Shown: positions 56,428 through 64,000 of the stretch, one piece after another
Position numbering within the stretch: position 1 is the first letter of the stretch
How the letters are laid out: the number at the start of each line of letters is the position of its first letter
Origin: an uncultured Bacteroidales bacterium
Lineage (GTDB): Bacteria > Bacteroidota > Bacteroidia > Bacteroidales > TTA-H9
Length of the DNA: 64,000 bases
Reading direction: 5' to 3'
NCBI GenBank assembly: GCA_964550695.1
Contig: CAZKCK010000001.1
Location: 7,427-71,426, forward strand
Translations under genes and position numbers: made by a program
The notes under the pieces: model-generated
What the model saw: the letters and a program-made list of their open reading frames with translations, nothing else
The model's database searches: none
What the model was told of the DNA's origin: nothing

Positions 56428-57429
56428 CTATTTTGGATCATAGGCCCATTTAAGGTAAATAGCTCCCCAGGTAAAACCGGCACCAAAGGTTGCAAGGATG
56501 ATATTGTCGCCTTTTTTAAGCCGCGGCTCCCATTCCCACAGGCACAATGGCAAGGTGGCTGCAGTGGTATTGCCATATTTTTCGATATTTATCATGACTT
56601 TATTTTTCGGCAGTTTCATCCGGTTGGCAACAGCCTCAATAATGCGGTTGTTTGCCTGATGGGGAACCAGCCATGCCAGGGATTCAGGTGTAAGGTTGTG
56701 GCGTTCCATCATTTCAACTGATACATCGGCCATCTTTGATACGGCTGATTTAAACACCGCCTGTCCTTCCTGATAAATAAAGTGCTCACGAGCATTGATG
56801 GTGTGATATGATGCAGGTTTTACCGAACCTCCGGCTTTTTGGTGCAGATGAACCCTGCCAAAGCCATCGCTCTGAAGAATTTCATCAATAATTCCAGCTT
56901 CAGGGTCGGTGGTGGGTTCAAGCAATACAGCACCCGAACCATCACCGAAAATGGGGCAGGTGGAGCGGTCAGTATAATCAACGATTGAAGACATCTTTTC
57001 AGCACCAACCACTATTACTTTTTTATATCTTCCTGATTCAACAAATTTTGAACCTACTGAAAGCGCATATAAAAATCCGGAGCAACCCGCATTCAGGTCA
57101 AAACTGAAAGCATTCTTAATACCTACCTTATCACTGATAATATTTGCTGTTGCCGGAAACTGATGGTCAGGAGTTACACTTGCACAAATCAGCAAATCAA
57201 TTTCTTCTGGTTTGCAGCCTGTTTTTTCGAGCAACATTGTAACCGCAGCGGCCCCAACATCTGAAGAACCTTTTCCGGGATCACGAATAATATGACGGGT
57301 TTTTATCCCGATACGTGTCATAATCCATTCGTCGGTGGTATCAACCATCCGGCTAAGTTCTTCATTTGTAAGAATGTATTCCGGAAGGTTTGCACCAATT
57401 CCGGTTATGGCGGCTCTAATTTTTGACAT
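56428..57429 (-). CDS. fabH: 3-oxoacyl-ACP synthase III
   Basis: The active-site Cys is in [11 protein letters not shown]. The His/Asn contexts are VPHQAN and GNTTAATLP. Length is 333 aa. Confidence 0.93.
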   Translation of the reverse strand: MSKIRAAITGIGANLPEYILTNEELSRMVDTTDEWIMTRIGIKTRHIIRDPGKGSSDVGAAAVTMLLEKTGCKPEEIDLLICASVTPDHQFPATANIISDKVGIKNAFSFDLNAGCSGFLYALSVGSKFVESGRYKKVIVVGAEKMSSIVDYTDRSTCPIFGDGSGAVLLEPTTDPEAGIIDEILQSDGFGRVHLHQKAGGSVKPASYHTINAREHFIYQEGQAVFKSAVSKMADVSVEMMERHNLTPESLAWLVPHQANNRIIEAVANRMKLPKNKVMINIEKYGNTTAATLPLCLWEWEPRLKKGDNIILATFGAGFTWGAIYLKWAYDPK

Positions 57430-57632
57430 CCAGAGTTAATATTTCAAAATAATGCTTTTACAAAAAATGCAATCCATATATTTTTCATAGCAATGCCAAT
57501 ATCACTGAAAATACCCGACTGTGTCCGGAAGATTTCCGGTCATGCCATTTCAGGGATTGTTAACCTGTTTACGGGAAGCAATCGAAGGATTACTTATGTT
57601 GTTAATATTCGCCAGGAGGCGTAAAACAAGCT

Positions 57633-57821
57633 TTATTTTGCAGCCTGTTCAACTTCCATTACCTGATGACCTCTGTAAAAGCCGCATTCAGGGCATACGC
57701 GGTGAAAAATCACCGGAGCACCACAATTTGAACAAGCCATTACATTGGGAGCAGTTGCTTTATAATGAGTTCTTCTTTTTTTTGTCCTGGTCTTAGACCA
57801 TCTTCTTTTCGGATTTGGCAT
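57633..57821 (-). CDS. rpmF: 50S ribosomal protein L32
   Basis: The sequence MPNPKRRWSKTRTKKRRTHYK...CSNCGAPVIFHRVCPECGFY has the L32 N-terminal signature and a zinc ribbon. Confidence 0.93.
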   Translation of the reverse strand: MPNPKRRWSKTRTKKRRTHYKATAPNVMACSNCGAPVIFHRVCPECGFYRGHQVMEVEQAAK

Positions 57822-57846
57822 TTTAAATCGTATTTATAGTTCGTAA

Positions 57847-58374
57847 TCAATCAGTTGTATCAAATTTAAGCCCTTCCAGCGCATCCCATATTTTGTCATG
57901 GTGATGTTTTGGACTGAGCTCTTCAAGTTTTTTCAAAACCACCGGGTCACAACCCGATTTCCCTTCTTCATCATCCGGATGCACCCTGTGGTAGGGCACA
58001 AGCAAATTGATGAATTCATATATGTATGACGAAACGTCAACATGGTGCTCATTTCTTGGGATCACCACCACATCTTCCGATTCTTCAAAGTACTCGTCTC
58101 CAAATTTGAAAATCAGTACTTCTTCGCCATCAATGCGTTGGTTAAAAAGGCCCGAACACCGGTCGCACATCACCTCAACATCCCCATTGATCGTAAATGT
58201 AAAAACAAGCATGCGTTCTTGCTTTTCCATATGAATCAACACTTTAACCTGACCGGTCGTAATTTCTGAATCTTCGAAACAAGCAAAAAATTTATCGCTT
58301 ATATCGAAGTCAAAATCATGATGGCCAATGGTTAAGCCTGAAAATGAAATGATGAACTCCTTCAGGTAATTCAT
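57847..58374 (-). CDS. yceD: YceD/DUF177 family protein
   Basis: It lies immediately upstream of rpmF, which is the conserved pairing. Features include CDRCSGLF and an acidic C-terminal region. Length is 175 aa. Confidence 0.75.
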   Translation of the reverse strand: MNYLKEFIISFSGLTIGHHDFDFDISDKFFACFEDSEITTGQVKVLIHMEKQERMLVFTFTINGDVEVMCDRCSGLFNQRIDGEEVLIFKFGDEYFEESEDVVVIPRNEHHVDVSSYIYEFINLLVPYHRVHPDDEEGKSGCDPVVLKKLEELSPKHHHDKIWDALEGLKFDTTD

Positions 58375-58399
58375 CTCAACTCGTTTTTAAATTGGGCGG

Positions 58400-58407
58400 C
58401 AAAATTA
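58400..58407 (-). promoter_or_regulatory. Bacteroidota -7 promoter box TAATTTTG (minus strand)
   Basis: TAnnTTTG match on the minus strand, 25 nt upstream of the yceD ATG. Confidence 0.5.
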
Positions 58408-58436
58408 CAAATTTTCAATTGATTGGCAAAACTTTG

Positions 58437-61400
58437 TTATTTAAATGCTTTTTCAAGCAAGCCATCACCTTTAAAACTTAGCCTGTCGAAATAAGAAGGA
58501 ACTGGTTTGCCACTTATTTTATCAACATACATTTTTGCCAGATATTGCCCCAGCATAAATCCCTGCCCGCGTAGTCCGGTGAACATTCCAAGTTCTGTAT
58601 CGAGGATCATGCGTGGCTCAACATAATATCCCGCCCAAACAGCCTGAAAGCCAACGGAAGAGAGTTCCGGCAGCCAGTCAACAAAAATTTCTGCAGAAAT
58701 CTCAAGAAATTCCTTTGAGTTTACCTTGAGGTTTGCGAATGTTTCTGCGGCATCCACTGCCGGTGATGCACAGCCGATAATCTGCCCGGTTTCAGCAAGC
58801 TGCTGACCATAAACAGCCACAAATCCCTTATAATTTCTGCGGTCGATAAGCATGGGCAGCTGAATGCCATCCACACCCAGCATGGGCAAGCGGCGGGTAA
58901 TAAAAGCCTGATGTTTTACTGCATATTGTCCGGTTTCAATTCCCAGCAGTCTGGCAAATTTTCCACCATCGGGTCCAAGTGCATTTATAAATATATCAGT
59001 ATGATATTCAACATATTGCTTGTCATGATTCTGAACAAGGATGATATACTTGCCATTTTCTTTTTTCAGGTCAATTAATTTACAGTCTTCGAGAATGGTA
59101 CCACCATTTTTTACACCGATCTGCCGGATGAGGTCAACAACACGGCCGGGTGTTGCCTGCCAGCAGTTATGTGTTATCAGTGCTGACTGATAAGTTTTAA
59201 GGTTTGTATTGAAGTAGGGTGAAATGCGTTTACGGAAATCACCCGGTGAAATCATTTCGGCATCTGACCAGGCCATCGAAGCTTCCAGTGCTTTGTACAT
59301 ATTGTCGTCATGTGCAAAGGTCACATAGTCAATAGGCCGGAAATCGATATTGCGGATTGTCTGTAATTCTTTAAAAATTTCAAGGTTTCTGACAGCAATT
59401 TCAGATAGTTCGGGAACGCTGAAGTTAGGTCTTCCCCCGGCTATATTGCGCCATGACGCACCCCGGCCCCAATTGATTAATAGCGGTTTTTTACCGGCTT
59501 CGGCCAGATACCTGAAAAGGGCGCTGCCACCAATACCTCCGCCAGCCACAAGTGATTCAACTTCAATTATTTTGGTTGAATGTTTGTGCCTGCATGCAAT
59601 AATGTTTTCGTGAACTGGCCGGGGATAGAGTTCACCCAAAGCCAATTGGTTCGAAAGCGGGCCACGTGGTGTGGCTTCTCCAACAACCGAGATTCCGAAG
59701 TCCCTGATTTTTTGTTTCAGGCGGGGGATGCACCGTTTACCACGGCAGGCCCCCATGCCCAAACGGGTAGTGTGTTTGATTTCATCTACTGAAATGAATT
59801 TGCGATCGCCGACAATATTCAGAATCTCATCCATTTTCACATCATCGCAGTGGCAAACATAGGTTTCTGAATGAAAATCCACATCTGCCGGTAATAGCTC
59901 AAAAGGTTCGGGATAACGGTCCCTGACGATAAAAGCCCGTGCTTTCATGAGGTCTTCGCCATGAAGTGTGATGGATTTTACCCTGGCAATATTTGTTTTA
60001 TTGGGTTTGCGCAGAATTTTCTCAATAATTCCTTCACCAAGTTTTTTCCCGAAATTGTCGACAAGAAACACTTCAGAATTTTCCTGAACTTCATATTCAA
60101 TGGGCAGGAAAAGCCAGTCTTTTTTAACGTTATATCCAAATATGGCCAGACCCGGGCATTGGTAAACACAATCCATACAACCAATACATTTATCAAAATC
60201 AATCTGAGGGATGGTACTGGTAGAAGTTTTGGTGATCGCGCCGTGCGGACATGCAAATTCACAGGGGTTACAGGCAAAACCATACAGGCAGTCGATCTGT
60301 ACAAAACCCTTGGCTTCGATACGTTGGCTGGACGGCCTGAAGGGTTCTTCAATAATTCGTGTAGGATGTTGCTGTGAATCAATGTATTCTTTTGAAATGG
60401 TAAGGTAATCTTCATATTTTACCCTTATGCCCATATCCATGAGTATTTCAAAGCCTACCTGCTTTCCACGCAAAACGGCACTTGTTCCTTCGCCAATTCT
60501 AATGGCATCACCGGCACCGAAGCACCGTCGGCCAAAAATTTCATTTCCCTTTATAAGCAACTGGTCATCAGGAACAAGTCCGGTACAAATGTTGATTGCA
60601 TCAATTCCTTCAATAATCGTTTCGGTTCCCGGGATGGGTTTGAAGTTTTCACATTTGGCAATTACTGCACCAATTATACCATCATTGTTTTGATTCGGAA
60701 TCGCTTTAAGCAAAATGTGGGACGTCAGCACCGGAATGCCCAATCGCCTTACTCTGTTTGCCTGAACCGGAAAACCACCTTCATGCGGTTGTGCTTCAAT
60801 AATTGCCTTTACATTTGCGCCTGCCTGCATCAATTGGTATGAAGTCAGGTAACCAATGTTGCCGGCCCCAACGGTAAGAATATTTTTGCCAAGTAAGGTG
60901 AATTCGCTGTTCATCATTTTTTGAACAACCGCAGCGGTATAAACCCCCGGAACGTCATCATTTTCGAAAGTAGGCATGAAAGGAACGGCTCCGGTAGCAA
61001 CTACAAGATACTCACAGTCAATGTAGTAAACTGTTTCGGTTACAATGTTTTTAAGCGCCAGCCTGTTGCCTTCCAGAATATCCCAAACGGTTGAATTCAG
61101 GAAAATCCCGTCAAGGTTTTCTCCGGCCAGTGTTTTGGCGATGTCAAATCCACGCATGCCGCCAAATTTCTTTTCTTTTTCAAAAAAGAAGAATTGATGT
61201 GTCTGCATCAGGAATTGTCCGCCAATTTTATCATTGTTATCAACAACTATGTTGTCAACGCCAAACTGGTTCAGCAATTCGCGGACAGCCAACCCTGCCG
61301 GCCCTGCACCAATAATTACCACATCAGTTTTATACACATCAATGGCATCCTGTTTTTTATAATCCGAAATTCCCGGATTGTAGTCGTGGGGAATTTCTGC

Positions 61401-61670
61401 AACTTCGTGTATATCATCAACCCTGGTGATACAAATTCGTTTAATCTGGCCATCGACCAGCATTTCACAGGCACCACATTTACCAATTCCACATTCAAGA
61501 CTGCGTTCACGATTCCGCAAACTATGGCTGTGAACCGGGAAACCGGCCTGATGAAGGGCGGCAGCTATGGTAAAGCCTTTTTCGCCTTTAATTATTTGTC
61601 CGTTAAAAGAAAAATTTATCTCATCTGGTTTGGGGATTTCCAGAATCGGATGATTTTCAATTTTATACAT
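58437..61670 (-). CDS. Multidomain flavo-iron-sulfur oxidoreductase: 2Fe-2S domain + pyridine-nucleotide-disulfide oxidoreductase + 2x[4Fe-4S] ferredoxin + BFD-like [2Fe-2S] + DAO-type FAD amine dehydrogenase (HcnA-HcnB-Fd-HcnC-like fusion)
   Basis: In N-to-C order:
- 2Fe-2S domain: SLECGIGKCGACEMLVDG...RICITRV.
- First dinucleotide fold: DVVIIGAGPAGLA.
- Second dinucleotide fold: ILTVGAGNIGYLTSYQL.
- Ferredoxin motifs: CNPCEFACPHGAI and CIGCMDCVYQCPGLAI.
- BFD-like motif: VCHCDDV...RLGMGACRGKRC.
- DAO-type dinucleotide fold: SLVAGGGIGGSALFRYLAEAG, followed by about 370 aa. Confidence 0.8.
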   Translation of the reverse strand: MYKIENHPILEIPKPDEINFSFNGQIIKGEKGFTIAAALHQAGFPVHSHSLRNRERSLECGIGKCGACEMLVDGQIKRICITRVDDIHEVAEIPHDYNPGISDYKKQDAIDVYKTDVVIIGAGPAGLAVRELLNQFGVDNIVVDNNDKIGGQFLMQTHQFFFFEKEKKFGGMRGFDIAKTLAGENLDGIFLNSTVWDILEGNRLALKNIVTETVYYIDCEYLVVATGAVPFMPTFENDDVPGVYTAAVVQKMMNSEFTLLGKNILTVGAGNIGYLTSYQLMQAGANVKAIIEAQPHEGGFPVQANRVRRLGIPVLTSHILLKAIPNQNNDGIIGAVIAKCENFKPIPGTETIIEGIDAINICTGLVPDDQLLIKGNEIFGRRCFGAGDAIRIGEGTSAVLRGKQVGFEILMDMGIRVKYEDYLTISKEYIDSQQHPTRIIEEPFRPSSQRIEAKGFVQIDCLYGFACNPCEFACPHGAITKTSTSTIPQIDFDKCIGCMDCVYQCPGLAIFGYNVKKDWLFLPIEYEVQENSEVFLVDNFGKKLGEGIIEKILRKPNKTNIARVKSITLHGEDLMKARAFIVRDRYPEPFELLPADVDFHSETYVCHCDDVKMDEILNIVGDRKFISVDEIKHTTRLGMGACRGKRCIPRLKQKIRDFGISVVGEATPRGPLSNQLALGELYPRPVHENIIACRHKHSTKIIEVESLVAGGGIGGSALFRYLAEAGKKPLLINWGRGASWRNIAGGRPNFSVPELSEIAVRNLEIFKELQTIRNIDFRPIDYVTFAHDDNMYKALEASMAWSDAEMISPGDFRKRISPYFNTNLKTYQSALITHNCWQATPGRVVDLIRQIGVKNGGTILEDCKLIDLKKENGKYIILVQNHDKQYVEYHTDIFINALGPDGGKFARLLGIETGQYAVKHQAFITRRLPMLGVDGIQLPMLIDRRNYKGFVAVYGQQLAETGQIIGCASPAVDAAETFANLKVNSKEFLEISAEIFVDWLPELSSVGFQAVWAGYYVEPRMILDTELGMFTGLRGQGFMLGQYLAKMYVDKISGKPVPSYFDRLSFKGDGLLEKAFK

Positions 61671-61729
61671 GATTGTCGATTGAGTTGATTGTTGGTGTTA
61701 TCTGAAAAACATTGTTATGAAATTCACAG

Positions 61730-61737
61730 CAAAATTA
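61730..61737 (-). promoter_or_regulatory. Bacteroidota -7 promoter box TAATTTTG (minus strand)
   Basis: TAnnTTTG match on the minus strand, 59 nt upstream of the 61670 start. Confidence 0.4.
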
Positions 61738-61914
61738 GGGGAATTCAGCTTATCCGCTGCCAGATTTAGTTTTTTTTATAGTCATATGAAAAATCTCTGC
61801 AGGCAATTCAGTATTTCCGACCGTGTACGCAAAACGGTTTTCCGGCAATGAATCTCACAGATAAACAATTAAAGAAAAATTTTAGTAATTCAGGGTTGTT
61901 GTTATAAAAAACAT

Positions 61915-61922
61915 TACGTTTG
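61915..61922 (+). promoter_or_regulatory. Bacteroidota -7 promoter box TACGTTTG
   Basis: TAnnTTTG match 18 nt upstream of the proline dehydrogenase ATG. Confidence 0.5.
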
Positions 61923-61940
61923 TTATAGATTTTAATAGAT

Positions 61941-63107
61941 ATGATAGATTTCAGCAACACCAAAATCGCTTTTGGCAGCCGTTCAGATTCTGATCTGCGA
62001 AGGGCCTGGTTTCTTTTTAAAACAATTGCAAATCCGCATCTTGTAAAGATTGGAAACAGGGTAACCGGTTGGGCTGTTAAAACCGGGTTTCCGGTAAACT
62101 GGGCCGTTAAACCAACCATTTATGCACATTTTGTTGGCGGTGAATCTATTGAGCAATGTGAAAAAGCTGTAGATAGCCTGGCAAAGTTCCGAGTTCATGC
62201 AATTCTTGACTATTCGGTTGAGGGCAAACACAGTGAAGACGATATCAGGGCTGTAATGAATGAAACAATCAGGTCAATTGCCAATGCAGGTAAAAATCCG
62301 AATATTCCGTTCGCAGTTTTTAAACCCACAGCCTTTGCTGACGTGCAGGCACTTGAAAAAGCTTCACTGGGTAAAACCCTTACACCGGATGAACAACAGG
62401 AGACAATCGTGTTCAGGGAGCGTGTGCATACCCTTTGCAAGGCCGCGTCAGATGCCGGAATTCCAATCTTGATTGATGCAGAAGACAGCTGGTATCAGAA
62501 ATTTATTGATGATACTGTTGAGGAAATGATGCAGGTATTCAATCAAAAGAAAGCGGTGGTTTTTAACACGCTGCAGATGTACAGGCACGACAGGCTTGAA
62601 TTCCTGAAACTTATGCACGAAAAGGCCGTAAAAGGAAATTATTTTCTGGGAGTGAAGTTTGTTCGTGGGGCGTATATGGAAAAGGAACGCGAAAGGGCAT
62701 TGAAAATGAATTATCCGTCACCTATACAGCACGATAAAGAGGCTACTGATCGTGATTTTGACCAAGCGCTTACTTTTTGTTTGCGTAACTTACAGAATAT
62801 AAGTGTTTTTTGTGGTACGCACAACGAAAAAAGTTGTCAGCACCTTGTAGATCTGATGCAACATAATGGAATCCAAATAAATGACAACCGGATATGGTTC
62901 TCACAGTTGTATGGAATGAGCGACCACATAAGTTTTAATCTTGCACATGCCGGATACAATGTAGCCAAATACGTTCCTTATGGTCCCGTAAAACATGTAT
63001 TGCCCTATCTGAGCCGGAGGGCCGAAGAAAATACTTCCGTGGCCGGACAAACCGGACGCGAGTTGAGACTGATTGAAAAAGAACGGAAAAGACGTAAAAA
63101 AGAATAA
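61941..63107 (+). CDS. Monofunctional proline dehydrogenase (PutA catalytic-barrel type)
   Basis: The sequence IYAHFVGGE...ILDYSVEG...LIDAEDSWYQ...VKFVRGAYMEKE...GTHNE...FSQLYGMSD...KYVPYGP...LPYLSRRAEEN carries the ProDH TIM-barrel signatures. Length is 388 aa. Confidence 0.88.
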   Translation: MIDFSNTKIAFGSRSDSDLRRAWFLFKTIANPHLVKIGNRVTGWAVKTGFPVNWAVKPTIYAHFVGGESIEQCEKAVDSLAKFRVHAILDYSVEGKHSEDDIRAVMNETIRSIANAGKNPNIPFAVFKPTAFADVQALEKASLGKTLTPDEQQETIVFRERVHTLCKAASDAGIPILIDAEDSWYQKFIDDTVEEMMQVFNQKKAVVFNTLQMYRHDRLEFLKLMHEKAVKGNYFLGVKFVRGAYMEKERERALKMNYPSPIQHDKEATDRDFDQALTFCLRNLQNISVFCGTHNEKSCQHLVDLMQHNGIQINDNRIWFSQLYGMSDHISFNLAHAGYNVAKYVPYGPVKHVLPYLSRRAEENTSVAGQTGRELRLIEKERKRRKKE

Positions 63108-63156
63108 TAATCCTCCCGGTAATACGGGAAAAGCATTTATTTCAATATTCAAACAA

Positions 63157-64000
63157 ATGAAACATAAATTAATTTCTATTCTTGTAATGATTGTTCTTGC
63201 CGGTACTGCCTCAGGGCAGTGGAGTACCAATCCGGCAGTGAACAACATTATCTGCAACCTTACAGGTGAGCAGGCCATACCCAAAGTTGCGGTTTGCCCC
63301 AATGGTGACATTTACATCGCTTATTTTTCCAACGATGCGGGAAATTATGACGTAAGACTGCAACGGCTCGATAGTCAGGGAAATATACAATGGGCCAGCA
63401 ATGGCATCCTTATCAGCGGAAATCCCCAGGAAACCTGGCTTACCGACTGGGACATGACCGCCGACCCTTCAAACCATTGCATACTTACCTTTAATGATAT
63501 CCGGAACGGCAACACCAATGTGTATGGATACCGAATTTCGCCCTCTGGTAGTTTTGTATGGGGTCCCAATGGAATTGCATTATCAAACAATTCTTCATTT
63601 AATGCGGCACCCAAGGTAATAGCCACTTCGGCCGGCAATGTTGTATGTGCCTGGATGTCAGATGCCGTGATTATTATGCAAAAAGTTTCACCCACAGGCA
63701 CATTGCAATGGGGCCCGTCGGGTATTACCCTTAGTTCGGTTAACACGCTTTCATGGCCACAGATGATTCCTGTGGGTACGGATGATTTTTATATGAAATA
63801 TTACGATGACAGTGGTCCGGGATGGTCACCAACCCGCCATGTATTTCTGAAACGATTTAATGCGTCCGGTACAGCAGTGTGGGCCTCACCCGCAACTATT
63901 TCAACCGCCGGAGGTATTTCAGCACAGACCCAGATTCTGCCTTTTATCAAGGATGACAATGACGGAGTATACATTGCCTGGGATGATGACCGTGATAACA
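63157..64000 (+). CDS. Secreted repeat (beta-propeller-like) protein, 3' end cut by window edge
   Basis: Not in the ORF track because it has no stop in the window. The ATG at 63157 gives MKHKLISILVMIVLAGTASGQWSTNP..., a signal peptide. Then come about four repeats of roughly 55-60 aa, each containing a G-x-x-x-W-(A/G)-x-x-G/A motif (QGNIQWASNGILIS, SGSFVWGPNGIALS, TGTLQWGPSGITLS, SGTAVWASPATIST). Confidence 0.7.
   Translation, partial: MKHKLISILVMIVLAGTASGQWSTNPAVNNIICNLTGEQAIPKVAVCPNGDIYIAYFSNDAGNYDVRLQRLDSQGNIQWASNGILISGNPQETWLTDWDMTADPSNHCILTFNDIRNGNTNVYGYRISPSGSFVWGPNGIALSNNSSFNAAPKVIATSAGNVVCAWMSDAVIIMQKVSPTGTLQWGPSGITLSSVNTLSWPQMIPVGTDDFYMKYYDDSGPGWSPTRHVFLKRFNASGTAVWASPATISTAGGISAQTQILPFIKDDNDGVYIAWDDDRDN

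Noticed and set aside
57430-57632. A 200-nt gap between rpmF and fabH, where plsX sits in many bacteria. It contains a perfect 6-bp inverted repeat ccggaa-gat-ttccgg at 57525-57539.
   Set aside because: No ORF fits here. The hairpin lacks a convincing T-run on the minus strand, so it is at best a weak terminator or processing site. The evidence is insufficient for an ncRNA call.

Overview
The window is a densely coding, AT-rich chromosomal segment that reads as Bacteroidota. Three things support this: Bacteroidota-type TAnnTTTG (-7) promoter boxes sit about 20-60 nt upstream of many start codons, two proteins end in T9SS sorting domains, and the synteny is lineage-typical (ileS-dksA-like-lspA, split atpD-atpC, coaX-OMP-TPR-lptC-CNNM-ppiD, yceD-rpmF-fabH, glgA-like-DUF4270-like-glmS).

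I support about 40 CDS, 2 tRNAs (Phe-GAA, Thr-CGT), several hairpin/T-run terminators and 13 promoter boxes. I saw no CRISPR array, IS element, integrase, phage module, toxin-antitoxin pair or recognisable defence gene. Most of the window is housekeeping.

Three coding regions are missing or misplaced in the supplied ORF track. They are an edge-truncated membrane/coiled-coil gene (1-2177, minus), an edge-truncated secreted repeat protein (63157-64000, plus), and the N-terminal third of recO, which has no canonical start codon.

The main candidates for a second look are:
- A five-gene operon (10907-19745) with three hybrid histidine kinases plus a receiver-less CheB and a CheR. The window contains no CheA, CheW, MCP, Hpt or output domain. 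A 28-aa tandem QQEEL/NEELEE coiled-coil repeat in the transmembrane kinase is a possible methyl-accepting site.
- A 500-bp AT-rich divergent intergenic region (nadA/rpiB) packed with DnaA-box 9-mers, which is a candidate oriC.
- A 1077-aa single polypeptide that fuses modules normally found as separate HcnABC / opine oxidase / archaeal proline dehydrogenase subunits. It is divergently paired with a monofunctional proline dehydrogenase.
- A secreted-enzyme set: a T9SS-tagged Porphyromonas-type arginine/agmatine deiminase, a T9SS-tagged six-Asp-box BNR giant, and an S8 protease with a dockerin-like C-terminus.

All family assignments come from motif reading by eye. No database search was run.
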